A stretch of DNA of 64,000 nucleotides, taken from the NCBI RefSeq assembly GCF_016432865.1, contig NC_067399.1, positions 261,082,001 through 261,146,000 of the forward strand, given 5' to 3'. Shown here piece by piece: positions 61,234 through 64,000 of the stretch (position 1 is the first letter of the stretch; each line of letters begins with the position of its first letter). The translations under genes were made by a program, and so were the position numbers. The notes beneath the pieces are model-generated. The model made no database searches. It worked only from the letters and a program-made list of their open reading frames with translations, and was not told the origin of the DNA. This stretch comes from Antechinus flavipes (lineage: Eukaryota).

Positions 61234-64000
61234 AAATTTCTCAGCAAATCTGAAAAAAAGCATTAAGTATGCAACAATGGTTTGTCCTTCAGCACTTGTC
61301 ACATTTAGCAAATCATCTTGACCCAAAGAAAGTTCAAATCATGGTTCTAATGGTAAATAAAATTTGAGATTGGGAAGGACACTACCTACCTATTCTCATC
61401 TTCAACACTCCTTTCTTTAAGACATTCTTGAGGTTGGGATGTCTCCTACACAGCAACTAGCAAAAATTCAGTTTCTTTCCTCTGAGTATTACGTAGGATA
61501 TTCAGAAATTGAGGTAAATGACAGATGAGGAGGCAAAAATATCATGAAATTGGCATGTGAATGATTGGGCACAAGGAGACACTACACATCACATGTTGAG
61601 AAATTCATCTTGAATTAAATCCAGCAAAATCCTATCTCTCTATAAAACACATTCAATTACTGATTCGAGAAGATCCATAAATGTTTGGAAGTCTTCATTT
61701 GGAAGGAATTCTTGAAAAAAGAAAAATATTTCCCATTCTACTGCCTCTGCCTTGAAGAACAGCACTTTAACCTAATTCAAAGAAGAACTGTGTTTTAAAA
61801 AGCAGAATAGGAAATGGAGACTATTGTCGGTGCTGATCTGTGGAAAGGAGAAGTTATATGTATTTAGACAAGAGGAGAGAGAGAGAGAGGAGAACTTTTC
61901 TTGTATTTGAGAAAAATGGAGAAAAATCTAATTTGTAAGCATGATTTTGTCCTTTGTCCAAACACAATAGTTGAGTCAATGGAGGCACAGATGAAATTAA
62001 AAGTCACATAATTTAGATAATGCAAAGATTGTTTGTACCTACAGCCAATCACTTTGGATTCTAAAATTTTGTTTATATCTCCAAACATAGTGGAATGTAG
62101 GAGTTTTTCCATGAAAACAATCAGATCAGAAAGAAATTAGATAATATGGTTCCCAGCAAATAACTCATTGAATTAAAGGAATTTTGGATTTTATAATGAC
62201 CATTTCTACTTACAATAAAGAATGATTTTGGAAACACCACTGTGATTCTGAATCTCAATTTTTCCACAATTTCATTGTTAGAGGTCTATTGTAGAGAGAA
62301 CTTGCATCTGAAAAAAATAATTACCTTCTTTGCAAACACAGATAAACAGTAATAAGTATTTAATGGACAAGTGCAGGAGTTTTCTACCGATAGGATTTCA
62401 AAATTAGTTATACATACAAATATAGAGGAAGGTTACTCTCTATTTCTCCTCTGATGTAGCTAACTGGGTAATACGCTGTCAAATACCTCAGATCAGACAG
62501 ATCATTTTTTACTTAGTAGTTACATAATTTATCTCTAGCCTGATGATTATTTGGCAGATGAGTCAGCCAATGACAGGGATTCAAGCACATTGAAACTTGT
62601 TTGTATGTCCCTTCCTCTCCCCTCTGGTTAATTCAACAACCACCACCACCCCCAAAAAAAGGCAACTGTATGAAAGCCAAGTGTTTTCTACTCCTCTAAG
62701 AATAGTCCAGTGAATCTTCAGCTTTCTGGTGAATGTCTTGTGAACTACTCTCTTAAATAGTTTGGTTGATTTCCAGCTGGAACATGGATATAATCCAATG
62801 AAATTGATGTCCCCAAATACAGCATACCTCAGTGTAGTTATATTCTTGGACCAGAAAATACTTCATATCAAAATTTCAAGAAATATGTCTTATCCAGATG
62901 GCAAAGTTTATGAATGTTAGGAATATTCTCCCTGGAGATAATAACATCTAATTCCATGGAGTTAATCAGTTAGCCACTTGGGAATGTTAAGTAACCTGTG
63001 GGGCTACTCCGAATTACCACAGAGAAAGTCTAGATTCTAATGAGCTGCAAAATCCATCAGGAATCCAGGTATCTGAGCATAGCCTGATTTCTGAGTCTCA
63101 AAAAGAAGAAACACAATGTAGAAAAGAAAAACAAAAATCCTCAGGAGGTCAGAGACCACCAGCTAGAGATCAACTGTTCTAATTACACCATTGTTTCCTA
63201 AATTGGAGGCTCAACAAATATGAAAGTAATCGTCATTGATTAATGATGCTTTGAAAAGCACCTACAGAATGCAAAATATTATGATAAACACTGAGCTAAA
63301 CTCAAAGGTCTCTGTCCCTATGGAGCTCACATACAGAATAATCTTAAATATCACTGGGAATTTCACCTTATAGAGAATGTGTGAGGGTGGGAAAGTAAGG
63401 GCCATACTATGAATAAGGTACAGGACCTTCTCAGAAATTTTCCAGAGAAATATTTGAGGCTCAACACTGGATAGCTTATGATTTGACTTGAAGAAGCAAC
63501 TTTCTTAATGACCCTTGAGTAGAAAGAGCTGCTGGCTCAATAAATATTTAAAGAGGTGTGACCTAAACTCTGCTCTTTCTTCCTTTTTTTGTTTTGAACA
63601 TTAGAGTAAATGTCCCTGAGCATCCCCTTTGAGAGGTAAGGACTGTTAGTGCCATTCTCTCATCTCCACAGAAATGAAAAACTTCAAATACTCAGCAACT
63701 AAAACACATGTATAATCTTGAGCAAGTTGGTGTTTTATTTCTTGCAATTAAATGGTGATTCCCTATATGGGTGTGTCCAGACCTGGAAGCAAACTCATGA
63801 ACTGAGAGGTCCAAGGATCTCGGCCCCTTTAATTGGATGCAATTGGATACAGGAAAAGTTTTTTTCATTGGAGAAAATGGCCACCAACAGAAGGAAGAGA
63901 TTAAATCCTTGTGATGGAGACACTAAAATGAATGTATACAGATTATTTAGACACCAGATAATGATAGGCACCAAAAGTTGGGGTTCAGTCATGTGACTTA

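Overview
Marsupial (probably dasyurid) genomic DNA, judged from the marsupial L1 3' ends, MdoRep1-like repeats and an OC1 hAT MITE. The window holds a cluster of 11 intact tRNA genes (5 intron-containing Tyr-GTA, 3 Pro, 2 Thr-TGT, 1 Asp-GTC) and one intact olfactory receptor recognisable as the OR6S1 orthologue. From recall, this matches the tRNA/OR6S1 neighbourhood of human 14q11.2. The main hidden structure is a mirror-symmetric tRNA array over about 20 kb (9.6-29.4 kb): <Pro, Thr>, Tyr>, Tyr>, [<Pro], <Tyr, <Tyr, (Asp>), <Thr, Pro>. Its outer arms are old and diverged but still alignable, and its inner 1.5-kb arms are nearly identical. Three features are missed by the ORF track: a ferroportin (SLC40A1) retrocopy that keeps a foldable 5' iron-responsive element but has lost its start codon, a TUBB retrocopy, and a tRNA-Pro gene split by an OC1 MITE. 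The rest is solo LTRs, a decayed betaretrovirus-like provirus with nested LTRs, L1/L2/MIR fragments, microsatellites and one 225-nt assembly gap. All alignments and family assignments were made by eye and from memory of consensus sequences. Repeat boundaries are approximate unless target-site duplications are quoted.
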